From Escherichia coli (lineage in GTDB: Bacteria > Pseudomonadota > Gammaproteobacteria > Enterobacterales > Enterobacteriaceae): DNA of 64,000 bases. Where the stretch lies: NCBI GenBank assembly GCA_025336685.1, contig GCA_025336685.1_4717.1; one strand, given 5' to 3'. Position 1 is the stretch's first letter. Every line of letters begins with the position of its first letter. Position numbers and translations under genes: made by a program. A model generated the notes under the pieces. It had not been told where the DNA came from. It saw nothing but the letters and a program-made list of their open reading frames with translations, and ran no database searches. This document shows, piece by piece, positions 9,108 through 19,000 of the stretch.

Positions 9108-10214
9108 CATTCTGTTCAGATAAGGTCGTTAATCTTATCCCGTTAAAATAACAGCTGTAGATTATCTCTACAGTTCGGACTATATCACGATCTCCTTCCC
9201 TGGAGACCCCTCCCGTTTCACACCCACTTGGGCGTTACGCTACTCATCACTATTTTTATTCATCCGTTTAGTGCTTTCGCTAGTCTCTGGGCATTCTTCT
9301 ACAAGTCTGTACGATTCAAATTTGGGATTTTTACTACCTAATCGATAAAGTATCGTTGCCGGAACAACACCTAACTGCCGAGCCGCCTCAGTTAAAGAGA
9401 CATACTGAATTCCGTCGATTTCCACTTTACGTGCTGTAGTGGGAATCTTCCCCTTATTCACTTCGGCAAGACGACGTCGCGTCTCTTCTGTATGGTGTCG
9501 CCCATAGAACGAATTCTTTTCCCCGGTTCGGGTTTTTGCAAACTCTGATATCTTTCGACGAGTTTCTTCGCCAACCTTTACACCTAGGCGTCTAGCCCTA
9601 GACGCCGCGATGTTTTCGGGAGTGCATACTTTTCGCCGAATGAGTTCACGTGTTTCCGGTGTATGTGTTCGACCATACATCCCGTTACGTTCGCCCGGAT
9701 TGCCATGAACAGCGCGCCTTTGTTCAGGCGACATCGAAGCGAATCGATCGTTAACGACTTTAGTTATTTTCTCGATTATGTCATCGCGACGTGGGTTTCT
9801 CGATAAATTATCACCGCCTAAAGCACCTTTCCCGATATTGAGAGATGCTTCTTCCGGGATGCTATCGATATACACCTGCTCTAAAGCGTATGCCTCTTCT
9901 CGGGTACTACATTCATCGATATCCACGGTGATAAATCCACCACGGTTATGGATATCTTGTAATTTAGCGTTGTGGTGAGAACCATTACGCAAAGCCGATC
10001 TGTGCGTAGCTAACCGCTGATTAATGTTCCCGGTGCTACCAACATAGACATCGCCGTCTTGAGTACATAACCGATATACTACTGGTTTTTTCATACTGCC
10101 TCCTTTAAAAGAGAGACAGACTTGTAGAAGGTTAGCAACGGATTAGCCCGTAGGCTTTCCCGTTTTAAGGAGGTTATTCGACGTAGCTCACGCTACGAAG
10201 GCGCAGTTGCGTTT
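9108..10214 (-). other. group I intron (1107 nt) in thyA
   Basis: Exon 1 ends in U, intron ends in G (..CUGAACAGAAUG); P-like UUAAAACGGGAAAGCC, Q-like AAUCCGUUGC, R-like CCCAGAGACUAGCGAAAG, S-like GUGAUAUAGUCCG; last ~35 nt closely resemble the T4 td intron 3' end as I recall it. Confidence 0.8.
9240..10094 (-). CDS. GIY-YIG homing endonuclease encoded inside the thyA intron
   Basis: N-terminus VVYRLCTQDGDVYVGSTGNINQRLATH (GIY-YIG), repeated NUMOD-like GxxNxxYGRxHTxETR segments, C-terminal HTH-like region; ATG 10094 preceded by AGGAGG. Confidence 0.85.
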   Translation of the reverse strand: MKKPVVYRLCTQDGDVYVGSTGNINQRLATHRSALRNGSHHNAKLQDIHNRGGFITVDIDECSTREEAYALEQVYIDSIPEEASLNIGKGALGGDNLSRNPRRDDIIEKITKVVNDRFASMSPEQRRAVHGNPGERNGMYGRTHTPETRELIRRKVCTPENIAASRARRLGVKVGEETRRKISEFAKTRTGEKNSFYGRHHTEETRRRLAEVNKGKIPTTARKVEIDGIQYVSLTEAARQLGVVPATILYRLGSKNPKFESYRLVEECPETSESTKRMNKNSDE

Positions 10215-10937
10215 ACGCTGGTAAAGCTGACAGGATAAAGCACGTGTTGGTACGTTATGCGCATTCAACCAAAGTTCTGTTTCACTGCGTCGTACATCAT
10301 CCGTAACCCACTGGGTTCTTAATACGTCGTTGCGCTGGACATAATCAACGCGTTCATCGAGTGTGAGTTCGTGGGTATAGAACTGATAGAATGAATGGCA
10401 CGGAGCGAGATGCATATCGTCTAAATCACCTACGTTCCATGCGCTAACGATGATCCGTCGAGAATCAGGATCTTCTTTAAGCTGACGCATCACGTTTGCA
10501 ATCTGATCGTGATGTCTAACATACACGAGGTGTTTTAGCATACCGTCATTAAGAATGCCGAAATATTCATAGCCGCGTTGCATCAACTCACGAGTACGTT
10601 CTGTATCGTGCGGAACAACCACTTTATAGTCGATCCATTCCCGCCATTGTTTGCCGTAAATCGGTCCTAGATTCCCTTCTTCGTCAGCCCATTCATTCCA
10701 GATACGAACACCGTTATCTTGAAGATAAGCAACGTTTGTGTCGCCGTTAAGAAACCAGAGCAGTTCGTGGATAACGCTCTTAAGGTGAATCTTCTTGGTG
10801 GTTACCAGCGGAAATCCTTTCTTCAAGTCAAAACGCATCTGACGTCCGAATACGGAACGGGTCCCGGTCCCCGTGCGGTCGGCTTTATCGCGACCGTTAT
10901 CCATGATGTCTTGCAAAAGGTCCAAATACTGTTTCAT
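10215..10937 (-). CDS. thyA: thymidylate synthase, exon 1
   Basis: [31 protein letters not shown]...[32 protein letters not shown]...LSCQLYQR; in-frame read-through into the intron gives KRNCAFVA-stop. Confidence 0.85.
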
Positions 10938-11137
10938 TTTAATCCTCTAAGTGTTTCAAGTAGTTCCTGAAATTTATAACGATATTTAGAATCACTTAAC
11001 GTGTAGCAGCAACCACGTAACACGTTATACGCGTAATCAGCTTGTAAACCACGAACCTTCGGATCCAATGATAGATTCAATGACGCGTCATCAAAAATCC
11101 ACGCTTCAATGTTCTTCTTAGATTCCTTCGTTAACAT
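10934..11137 (-). CDS. hypothetical protein
   Basis: Track start 11146 is GTG; ATG 11137 has GAGGTGA upstream; stop overlaps thyA start. Confidence 0.4.
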   Translation of the reverse strand: MLTKESKKNIEAWIFDDASLNLSLDPKVRGLQADYAYNVLRGCCYTLSDSKYRYKFQELLETLRGLK

Positions 11138-11268
11138 CGTTTTCACCTCGTCGTAAAAGTAAATAGAGTTTTGTCGAGACGCCCTAATTACTTACAACGT
11201 AGGTTCTCCTGGCTTCAGAGAATTCTTAAAATCCGTTAGTTTTGATAGATAGGATAAGACGGCATAAA

Positions 11269-11289
11269 AGCCTCCCATTACGGGAGGCT
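11269..11289 (-). terminator. hairpin AGCCTCCC/GGGAGGCT followed on the minus strand by UUUUAUGCCG
   Basis: 8-bp stem, then U-rich tract. Confidence 0.5.
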
Positions 11290-11301
11290 CCATCAATCAA
11301 C

Positions 11302-11850
11302 TTACTTCACGAGAACAGTGAATTCGAGAACGTAAATAGTCTCGTCATCCATCGGATTTGTCGTGGTATAACCAACAAAGCAATAACCCATATCCGCGAT
11401 AAAATCGCTAAGTTTATCAACATCGCCTACATTGATACGATCATCAACAGACAGACGACATTTACGGGTTATACCACATCCGCGAGGAACACCGGATAAC
11501 ACGGATAGGAAATGCGCGATCCGGTTATTGGTTGCGAACTGTGCATAATCGCCGTAGCGTTTAAGGTCCTTCATCGCAACCTCGACAGCCATACGACGAC
11601 CAGGCGCTACGTATTCAGTGTACGCATACGCTGCGATCGTACGACGATCTTCAGTCAGGTAAGTATTCCCATCAGGATGGTAGCTCTCGATTGTTCCGTC
11701 TTCATAGGTGACGTTTACAACAGGTGCACCGTACTCGTCGCGACCGAATTCAATCTTGCATTTATCCGAAAGCGGTAGAATCGTACACGGTTTTGCGTTG
11801 TTCTCATCGGGGAGATTATAACCGCTCATCATTTTCAAAAAGATAGACAT
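11302..11850 (-). CDS. hypothetical protein, tandem paralog A
   Basis: MSIFLKMMSGYNLPDENNAKP...TIAAYAYTEY aligns with the adjacent 11937..12470 product; RBS GAGGT. Confidence 0.5.
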   Translation of the reverse strand: MSIFLKMMSGYNLPDENNAKPCTILPLSDKCKIEFGRDEYGAPVVNVTYEDGTIESYHPDGNTYLTEDRRTIAAYAYTEYVAPGRRMAVEVAMKDLKRYGDYAQFATNNRIAHFLSVLSGVPRGCGITRKCRLSVDDRINVGDVDKLSDFIADMGYCFVGYTTTNPMDDETIYVLEFTVLVK

Positions 11851-11936
11851 AATAGAACCTCATGATAATAGATAATAGAAATGATAGATAGTACAACAAA
11901 TTGAGGAGGTATTATCCCACCCCCTCGTAGGGATTA

Positions 11937-12470
11937 CTACTTAACGATCGCGATGATTTTGCCGCTCGCACCGGCGTAATATGCTGTTAATTTACCAGTA
12001 AACAACTCTTGTAAAAGACGATTTACATGACTAACAAAGTTAGGGTTGTCTGATTTTACAAACTCGATATTGCGCGTTTGTTTTATATCACGATCGATTA
12101 AGCGTATTTCCAACAACGCACAAATAAGGCGATCGTCAAGTTTACCACTTGTATCCAACACTTCCCCATACGTCGTAGCACGGACGTCCGCATACATACG
12201 GTCAACATCATCCTTCCCAAAACCACAGGAATAGGCATACGTTGCGATGGTATTACCATTGTCCATCACATAAACGTTACCGCCTGGGTAATCGATAAAT
12301 CGTTGATCCTTATCGCCATGAGCGACGAACTCCAGTGTCGGTCTACCTAGTGAATCACGATTGAATTCGATTGTGGTCAAACGGTCAGGTACCACATGCA
12401 ACGTAAACGGTTTCGCATTGTTACGATCGCTAGTATCACAGTTAGCCATTACTTTTACAATAACACTCAT
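11937..12470 (-). CDS. hypothetical protein, tandem paralog B
   Basis: MSVIVKVMANCDTSDRNNAKP...TIATYAYSCGF; RBS AAGGAA. Confidence 0.5.
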   Translation of the reverse strand: MSVIVKVMANCDTSDRNNAKPFTLHVVPDRLTTIEFNRDSLGRPTLEFVAHGDKDQRFIDYPGGNVYVMDNGNTIATYAYSCGFGKDDVDRMYADVRATTYGEVLDTSGKLDDRLICALLEIRLIDRDIKQTRNIEFVKSDNPNFVSHVNRLLQELFTGKLTAYYAGASGKIIAIVK

Positions 12471-12544
12471 GTTTTATTCCTTAGTAGTCCTAGTAGTAGT
12501 ATTGAGGAATTTCACCTCATTAGATAGTCTATTTTGGTAATGTT

Positions 12545-12844
12545 TTACTGAAACAGGACATTAAATTCGACAAGATACCCATCGGATCTATCACCACGAT
12601 AACGGTTGCAGAAAACGCCGAATTTCATCAAGAACTCACATAACTCTTCGGCTTTGTATAACGGAATACGATTTTCGTCGAACAGAGGGCACTTATGGCT
12701 AACCCGCTCCGACGAATCAACGCAACACAAATAAAGAAGGAACCGAACGATAGCTCGGTTCTTAGTGAAGCTCTCGAATTCACCTGCGGTTCTGAACTCA
12801 TCGAGGAGCTTTGTCGTTTTCTTCAATCGTTCACGATCAAGCAT
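12545..12844 (-). CDS. hypothetical protein
   Basis: 99-aa ORF, RBS GAGG. Confidence 0.45.
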   Translation of the reverse strand: MLDRERLKKTTKLLDEFRTAGEFESFTKNRAIVRFLLYLCCVDSSERVSHKCPLFDENRIPLYKAEELCEFLMKFGVFCNRYRGDRSDGYLVEFNVLFQ

Positions 12845-12866
12845 GTTAACCTCAATACGAACATAA

Positions 12867-12898
12867 CCCTCCTCCTTCCCTGATGGGTTGGAGGAGGG
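12867..12898 (-). terminator. hairpin CCCTCCTCC ... GGAGGAGGG
   Basis: 9-bp stem downstream of the 12908 stop. Confidence 0.45.
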
Positions 12899-12907
12899 AA
12901 TATGCTA

Positions 12908-13222
12908 TTATTCTGCTTTAGGCGATGAACCGTTCTTTTTGAAGTCGGATTCGTATTTCACGTTAGAATCGAGAACCTCACGAACGGTTTTATCCGTACA
13001 ACCACGGGCGATGTATGCATTAAGATCGTCGCGTAATTTACGCATTGTTGTTTTATCCGCATCAGAAACATCTGACTTGGTAAGACGGAACGCAATCGCA
13101 TCACGAATTTTATTCAACATTGCTGGGTTATTACGCTGTTCTGCAAATACCGCTTTGATGAACTTATCGCTATCTTTCGAAGCGATGGCTGCATCAAGAA
13201 TCTCAATATGCTTTTCAGACAT
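12908..13222 (-). CDS. hypothetical protein
   Basis: 104-aa ORF, RBS AAAGGAA. Confidence 0.5.
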   Translation of the reverse strand: MSEKHIEILDAAIASKDSDKFIKAVFAEQRNNPAMLNKIRDAIAFRLTKSDVSDADKTTMRKLRDDLNAYIARGCTDKTVREVLDSNVKYESDFKKNGSSPKAE

Positions 13223-13273
13223 CTTCTTTCCTTTATTAAACGATCATCGTCATATTCATTGCGCAGGGTGCTA

Positions 13274-14599
13274 TCACTTCAGAAGCTTAGACATCGCCAT
13301 GCTTCGCGCTAACGCAACATCATACGCATCCATGATCGCGTCACCGATAGCGGTATGACGGATCAGCGGAATACCCATGTCTGGATACTCTTTGGTGCCT
13401 AAGATGGATACCGGTTTGTCTTGATACGCAGCAATCATCGAACGGATATCCTGAACCTGGTTATAACGACAAACTGGCTTAAAGCCCGCTTTACGGAACC
13501 AATGCTCTAATTGAGGCCAATCTGTTTCACCGCGAGCAAGATAATAGAAGGTATCCTTACCGTAGTATTCAGTCATTTTGTCACGAATACTGTTGACGAA
13601 CGCATTTACTTCGGTGATGGCTTCTTTATAACCCATTGCCTTACAATGTTGAAAACAATAGTCGCGCGCTTCCTTTGGTGCTTTGGTTTGCCACCATTCT
13701 ACTGTTGATTCACTGATACGACCACCGTCAGCGATTTGACCATGAACGTCAGGGAAGATATCTATACGCGGACCGTTAACAATGGATTCTGGATTAGCCA
13801 GATCGAAGAACACGATACCGATTTCCAGCAATACTCCATTCTTTTCCAGACTAAGGTTTTCAACATCTAAACAAAATGCAGGCTTCTCTACCGCTAACGG
13901 CTCGAACGAATGGTTGCTGGTATCCGATTCGGTTTTAAGTTCGACGACAACCGGATCGGTATCCGTAGGTTTCAGTTCTACTACAGCATCATCGAGTCCC
14001 GATAACGAAAAATAGTCTTCGAAGAAATCGGGTATCGTCATGCCATGCAAATTGATATCGCAATCTTCCAACCATTGCTTCAACTGGTGCTCACCGGCAT
14101 GAATCGCTAAACGACATGGTCCGGAACGATCATCTAGCGCTGCATCGATCCAGAAGAAAGCGCGTATAAGTAAGTAAGGATTGTACTCCGCGATGATTTC
14201 TTGGCTAGCCGAGAAATCGTACACCATTAGTTGTGTTATTCCCTTACGAGTGTTATACGGATCAACTTTCAATCGACGCACTATTTCTTCTACGAATTCC
14301 AACGCACGCGTGTACGATGTGGACCCACCTTGTTCATACGAACATATACCCGTCAAAAGTTCCTTATAGGACGCATATGGAACCATAGGCGATAATTTGT
14401 ACGACAGTTCAGTATTGTAATTATCGCATAATTTCTTCGGGGCGATAGCATCCTGTATCGCTGTAATAAACGCCGGTCCATCAATATCAAACAACCATCC
14501 TTGACGCCGGTATGCAGTGTATCGTAATAACGCACCGATAACTGCCTGGGGCGGTGTATATTCTTTTCCGTTAATTTCAAACAGTAGTTTGCTCATCAT
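13274..14599 (-). CDS. protein with C-terminal DnaQ-like (DEDDh) 3'-5' exonuclease domain
   Basis: FCLDVENLS (Exo I D-x-E), later HTAIGDAIMDAYDVAL (Exo III H-x-A-x-x-D-A); N-terminal ~230 aa unassigned. Confidence 0.6.
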   Translation of the reverse strand: MMSKLLFEINGKEYTPPQAVIGALLRYTAYRRQGWLFDIDGPAFITAIQDAIAPKKLCDNYNTELSYKLSPMVPYASYKELLTGICSYEQGGSTSYTRALEFVEEIVRRLKVDPYNTRKGITQLMVYDFSASQEIIAEYNPYLLIRAFFWIDAALDDRSGPCRLAIHAGEHQLKQWLEDCDINLHGMTIPDFFEDYFSLSGLDDAVVELKPTDTDPVVVELKTESDTSNHSFEPLAVEKPAFCLDVENLSLEKNGVLLEIGIVFFDLANPESIVNGPRIDIFPDVHGQIADGGRISESTVEWWQTKAPKEARDYCFQHCKAMGYKEAITEVNAFVNSIRDKMTEYYGKDTFYYLARGETDWPQLEHWFRKAGFKPVCRYNQVQDIRSMIAAYQDKPVSILGTKEYPDMGIPLIRHTAIGDAIMDAYDVALARSMAMSKLLK

Positions 14600-14611
14600 A
14601 ACACCTTTTCA

Positions 14612-14947
14612 TTATTCTGGTTTATCTGTTGTCAGGCCGAGTCCGGTCAATATCACGTAGTCGTACCAAGCTTTTACTTTCGCTTTCGCTTCATCTAAAC
14701 TATCGGTGTTGATGTGCGGAAACTCATCGTTGATTGGGAAAGGTAAATCACAGTCGTAGCTTGTATAATCCTTCCAACCTTTCCACTCGATAGTTAGAGA
14801 ACCAAAAACGGTCTCAGCAACAACGTGGTTATAGCGACATTCTTCACATGGCGAGCGCTCTTCCGACCAAACAAGCTCATGCTGCGCTAAAAGTTGTTGT
14901 ACGACCGATAATGGTTGCTCTTCATTAAGTTCGATAATGTCTATCAC
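14612..14947 (-). CDS. hypothetical protein
   Basis: 111-aa ORF. Confidence 0.45.
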   Translation of the reverse strand: MIDIIELNEEQPLSVVQQLLAQHELVWSEERSPCEECRYNHVVAETVFGSLTIEWKGWKDYTSYDCDLPFPINDEFPHINTDSLDEAKAKVKAWYDYVILTGLGLTTDKPE

Positions 14948-15540
14948 CGTATACCCTCCTTTTCCTTATCGTAATTACTACACATATTGACAAACGCAGT
15001 ATTATCAGACAGCATGCTAACCATCTGACGGATTGCGTCCAACGGTTCAAGTTTAGGATTGATTGATTCACCGGTCAACGCGCTTATTGCTCGTGTGATC
15101 TCAGCCAAATCAACGTTCGGGTCTTTATCATCAATGATGAGCAGACTCTTCGCTGGTTTCTGACGACGTTTGATGATTAACAAATACGTGACAAGGTTCT
15201 CACGCCAAGCGTCAGAATCCAGATTGCGTATTACGGTTAACGCGCGACGCTCTTCCGCCCATGATGGTTTCTCACGGATAACGGGCATGTAAGATAATTG
15301 CTCAGCAAGCCCTTTCAAACTGACACGGTTGGTGCCACCAGGATGCTCACTAATCCGCAACATCTCGGTTAACAGACGGACATATGCGGTTGTTGTAGAA
15401 ACACCCCGCAGCGGCAGGAACAAATTATGTCCCGGAACCCCATCATGACTCAGCGGTGCGATATACGCCATGAATTGACGGATATCGTCATCGGTCTGTT
15501 CTCCAGCAACGAACTTAAACGCTTCACGTAGAACGCTCAC
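14944..15540 (-). CDS. hypothetical protein
   Basis: 198-aa ORF. Confidence 0.45.
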   Translation of the reverse strand: MSVLREAFKFVAGEQTDDDIRQFMAYIAPLSHDGVPGHNLFLPLRGVSTTTAYVRLLTEMLRISEHPGGTNRVSLKGLAEQLSYMPVIREKPSWAEERRALTVIRNLDSDAWRENLVTYLLIIKRRQKPAKSLLIIDDKDPNVDLAEITRAISALTGESINPKLEPLDAIRQMVSMLSDNTAFVNMCSNYDKEKEGIR

Positions 15541-15826
15541 TACGAAGTCTCCTTAATGTTTCTTTTATATGCAATCTCTTCGGCAAGTACAGACGTTTGT
15601 ATAGATCAATTAACAGATAACGCATAACAGAAGCGACCACCAGGTATTCACCTTCAGCTTCCGAATAACGTATCATGTTAATTGGGTAATTCAAATAAGA
15701 ATAAGAAAAGAGATCATCGTTGGTAAGGTGATGATCTTCAAGATACTGACGAAACAATTTTGCTAAGGCATCGTACTCCATTCCGTAGTAACACAACGAC
15801 ACCTGTCTTGCAGATAGTCGTTTCAT
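15524..15826 (-). CDS. hypothetical protein
   Basis: 100-aa ORF. Confidence 0.4.
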   Translation of the reverse strand: MKRLSARQVSLCYYGMEYDALAKLFRQYLEDHHLTNDDLFSYSYLNYPINMIRYSEAEGEYLVVASVMRYLLIDLYKRLYLPKRLHIKETLRRLRSERST

Positions 15827-16665
15827 GCTGGGTTACCTTTTAGTTTTCCACGTATCATGTCGACAACGCGTGAGGGATCAGAAATAACATTGGCGATAAG
15901 ATGATCGATAGGTAGGTCGAGAACGATTTTCTTCAGCTGGAAAGCCGTATCTTTACGACGCACGCCGTAGAACACGCCATCTTTAAACACAACCTCGTAC
16001 GAAATGGGGAGCTGGCTAATAACCGTGTTAGCGTAATCACCCAACCACATCGACCCCGCCATCAGATGCGCACAAACCGCATGACTAATACGCACATCTT
16101 TGTTCTTCCGGCTAACGTCTTTGGTTTTCGACATGGTAACCAGAAGTTCACCGATCTTACTCAGCATATCGTCGTATACCCCAAAGAACTTAATCAGTTG
16201 TCGGGCACCTAACGATATATACGTTTCTCGCGGTAAGACACAACACACCTGCGGTAACGTTCCAACCCCATAGACACAACTGTAGGGTGATAATGGGAGC
16301 AAATCAGCAACCGCGTTCTTGATGTTGTTATACTCAACGATATCGTTGAACGGCGAAAGCCCTTTCGTAATCGGTTTATCAATCGCCACATCAAACTCCG
16401 CGAACGTCCATGCTGCTTTACGGGGTTCCCCTTTCTTGTACGGTGGGGCCAGTACCGCAACAACACGAAGTCGATATTCGTGTGTATCGCGTAGCTTAAG
16501 TTGGATACCCTCATCGTCGCCTTCACGCACAAGTGAGTAGCGGCTCGCGCAACCATCACAGGCCACCGTTGGTTCGTGTTGACCGTATGCTGCAAGCATT
16601 GGTTTACTAAGATCTTTATCACAGTGTTTACAATGATGATCCTGTTCCTGATAACTGATTTTCAC
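15823..16665 (-). CDS. hypothetical protein with N-terminal zinc-ribbon-like CxxC..CxxC
   Basis: CKHCDKD...CDGCASR near the N-terminus. Confidence 0.5.
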   Translation of the reverse strand: MKISYQEQDHHCKHCDKDLSKPMLAAYGQHEPTVACDGCASRYSLVREGDDEGIQLKLRDTHEYRLRVVAVLAPPYKKGEPRKAAWTFAEFDVAIDKPITKGLSPFNDIVEYNNIKNAVADLLPLSPYSCVYGVGTLPQVCCVLPRETYISLGARQLIKFFGVYDDMLSKIGELLVTMSKTKDVSRKNKDVRISHAVCAHLMAGSMWLGDYANTVISQLPISYEVVFKDGVFYGVRRKDTAFQLKKIVLDLPIDHLIANVISDPSRVVDMIRGKLKGNPA

Positions 16666-16680
16666 ATCAGGGCTCCTTTG

Positions 16681-17637
16681 TTAATGTAATACGCGATCTA
16701 CTGGAATTGTCGAAGCGTTGCTGGCGGACAGATTCGTTGCTTTACGATCGGGACTGAATCGACGAGCGTTCTCTTCATGGTAGTTAACAGGGTTGTCCTG
16801 TTTCAGCAATTCTATTGCTTCATCAAACGCTAATTCCCTATAACCCTTTGGATATAGGAACAGAGGTTCGTCAATATCCAACCCTTTAACAAACTCATGC
16901 GACAACCAAACGCTACCATCGGCACTGTAAAGAACAGGCTCAACATCATAATCCAAAACGTATTGATACCAGTAATTAAACAGTTGGGCGATCCATCGAT
17001 TACGTAATAAATAATCGATTACGACCGCACTACGCACGCTATGGCACCAGCCGATCTTACCGTCAACTCTCTGTAACAATGTACCGTCATTTGCTTGGTG
17101 GATGACAGCATTAAATAACCAGGCAAGATCGGTTGCGAAAAGTGCCGCTTCTTGAATATCGCTAATGTAGCGCACAGGTATCGTCAGATGAGTGCGGTAA
17201 TGCGCCATCGCTTCTTCGTAGTTGTCTCCTTCGATACAGAGAATACCATTTGACGACAGATGCCCCTGATTCAATGACTGGCTGATATAAAGATCAGCGA
17301 TCGCGTTAATATGTTCGACGGTACCCAAGGTTAATTCGGACATAAAACGATCAACGTCAACAGACATCGATGTACCGGAAATGAACGGATTGGCTGGGCG
17401 AGCCGTATTAGAGAAAATGATCGACCAGATCGCTTCGTGTTTTTCATCCGATGGGACAAACGAAATATGACGTTCTGCACTATTATCATCAACAGATACT
17501 TCTACTGTTTTCAAACAGCTAGTACAAACATAACACGTGTTCGGCAACGGCATATCCGAAAACATATCGTAACGAATTGTCGCAATTGAAATATCGTGTC
17601 CGCAGTGAGGGCATGTGGTATCAATAAGTGTTCTCAT
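16681..17637 (-). CDS. hypothetical protein with N-terminal zinc-ribbon-like CxxC..CxxC
   Basis: CPHCGHD...CYVCTSC near the N-terminus. Confidence 0.5.
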   Translation of the reverse strand: MRTLIDTTCPHCGHDISIATIRYDMFSDMPLPNTCYVCTSCLKTVEVSVDDNSAERHISFVPSDEKHEAIWSIIFSNTARPANPFISGTSMSVDVDRFMSELTLGTVEHINAIADLYISQSLNQGHLSSNGILCIEGDNYEEAMAHYRTHLTIPVRYISDIQEAALFATDLAWLFNAVIHQANDGTLLQRVDGKIGWCHSVRSAVVIDYLLRNRWIAQLFNYWYQYVLDYDVEPVLYSADGSVWLSHEFVKGLDIDEPLFLYPKGYRELAFDEAIELLKQDNPVNYHEENARRFSPDRKATNLSASNASTIPVDRVLH

Positions 17638-17903
17638 TGTTGAATTCCTTTTGATAAGAATAACTGTATATCGGTAAACTGTTCTTTAGGAACATCGTCG
17701 GCAGCCGTTAGAACCTCAGGGCCGTGTTCGTTGAGGTAAGCTTCTCGTTGAAGATGATAAAGTCGATTGGCTTCTTGGAACTCAGTGTCCGTCATGTAAA
17801 CCAACTTAAACTTCGAACGTTTATTCGGATTATATCTCTTATTACGTTTCTTTGGTTTCTTCGCCATAATAGCCTCGTGAAGGTGGATGGGTGTACCATC
17901 CAC
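17634..17903 (-). CDS. hypothetical basic protein
   Basis: 89-aa ORF. Confidence 0.4.
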   Translation of the reverse strand: MDGTPIHLHEAIMAKKPKKRNKRYNPNKRSKFKLVYMTDTEFQEANRLYHLQREAYLNEHGPEVLTAADDVPKEQFTDIQLFLSKGIQQ

Positions 17904-17914
17904 CTTCCTCCATG

Positions 17915-18436
17915 TTAAAGTGCGTTCATTTCTTCAGGTGTGCGTACAGTGCGCGTGTTGGGATCGACCATTGCTGGTACGCCCGCAGGACATTTACGGA
18001 CATCAATCCGCATCTCCGGCTCGATCGGACGAACGCGATACGTTTTACCATCGTCGGTTAACACCGAAATGGTCAACGCTTGGTTCAATTCATTAACGAA
18101 GTTCACCAAACGCTGCTGCCCGCCTGTCGACCAGAAGTTAAGATCGGTTTCTCCGCTGAAATAACTGATTCCTTCGGCGGTCCCAATCGTGATTTTAACG
18201 ATGCCTGGATAGTCACGAAGAAGGGGTGCCTGATAACCTTCATCTTCCGTATCCAATTTTACCCACGCGCCTCCCGTAGACAAGCAGTTAACTTCCAAGG
18301 CGGTTGGCGCACTGACTTCTGCCGATGACCAGGTATACATCGTACCTAGTTTAGCGTGTCCGGTTTCCAGCTCACTGTAATCCCAAGCGTGTGCTGATGC
18401 TGTAATAAAGAGGGCTGCAAGAAACAACTTTTTCAT
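17915..18436 (-). CDS. predicted secreted/periplasmic protein
   Basis: MKKLFLAALFITASAHA-WDY: n-region, hydrophobic core, AxA cleavage motif; RBS AGGAA. Confidence 0.5.
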   Translation of the reverse strand: MKKLFLAALFITASAHAWDYSELETGHAKLGTMYTWSSAEVSAPTALEVNCLSTGGAWVKLDTEDEGYQAPLLRDYPGIVKITIGTAEGISYFSGETDLNFWSTGGQQRLVNFVNELNQALTISVLTDDGKTYRVRPIEPEMRIDVRKCPAGVPAMVDPNTRTVRTPEEMNAL

Positions 18437-18491
18437 TCTTTTCGATTCCTATTAAAAGTGACCGATTTCTGTGGTCAGGATTGCTAATACA

Positions 18492-18926
18492 TTAAATCCG
18501 GTTTTGTTTCCGTATTGCACGGTTACGTTTACGTTCTTGGTCTTTGACAGTACCAAGAAACTTCCTTAATTCTGACGGTTGGAGCGTACCCTCACGTACC
18601 ACGCCGTTTTGTTCGATATGGTAAGACCAATAACCAACTTCAGCTGTTAAAGATAACGTTGTTGGTTGCACGTCGGGCAGCGATCGAGGTGAGAAAATAA
18701 AGAGTAATTCAAAAGGCGTTTCTCGGCTGATGGTGGGACGGATACTAACGTCAAGCCCCTCCCATCGCTGCGGCTTAAATATTCCTCCAGCGGCGACGAT
18801 TGTCTCCGAGCGTTGGTCTACAAGCTCAGCTAATTCACGATCGTCATTGAAATAAATATCGTGAAGGATATCTGTGTCGATAAAAAACCCGCGATCGGAA
18901 TCGTGACGAACAATTGAATTCTTCAT
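18492..18926 (-). CDS. hypothetical protein
   Basis: ORF 18492..18953; second ATG at 18926 has better RBS spacing. Confidence 0.4.
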   Translation of the reverse strand: MKNSIVRHDSDRGFFIDTDILHDIYFNDDRELAELVDQRSETIVAAGGIFKPQRWEGLDVSIRPTISRETPFELLFIFSPRSLPDVQPTTLSLTAEVGYWSYHIEQNGVVREGTLQPSELRKFLGTVKDQERKRNRAIRKQNRI

Positions 18927-19000
18927 TCTAACGCCTTTGTTGTTTGTTTTCATGTCCTATACGAACACGAAAAACCGTTAATTTTTACCTTGGTTGCGTG

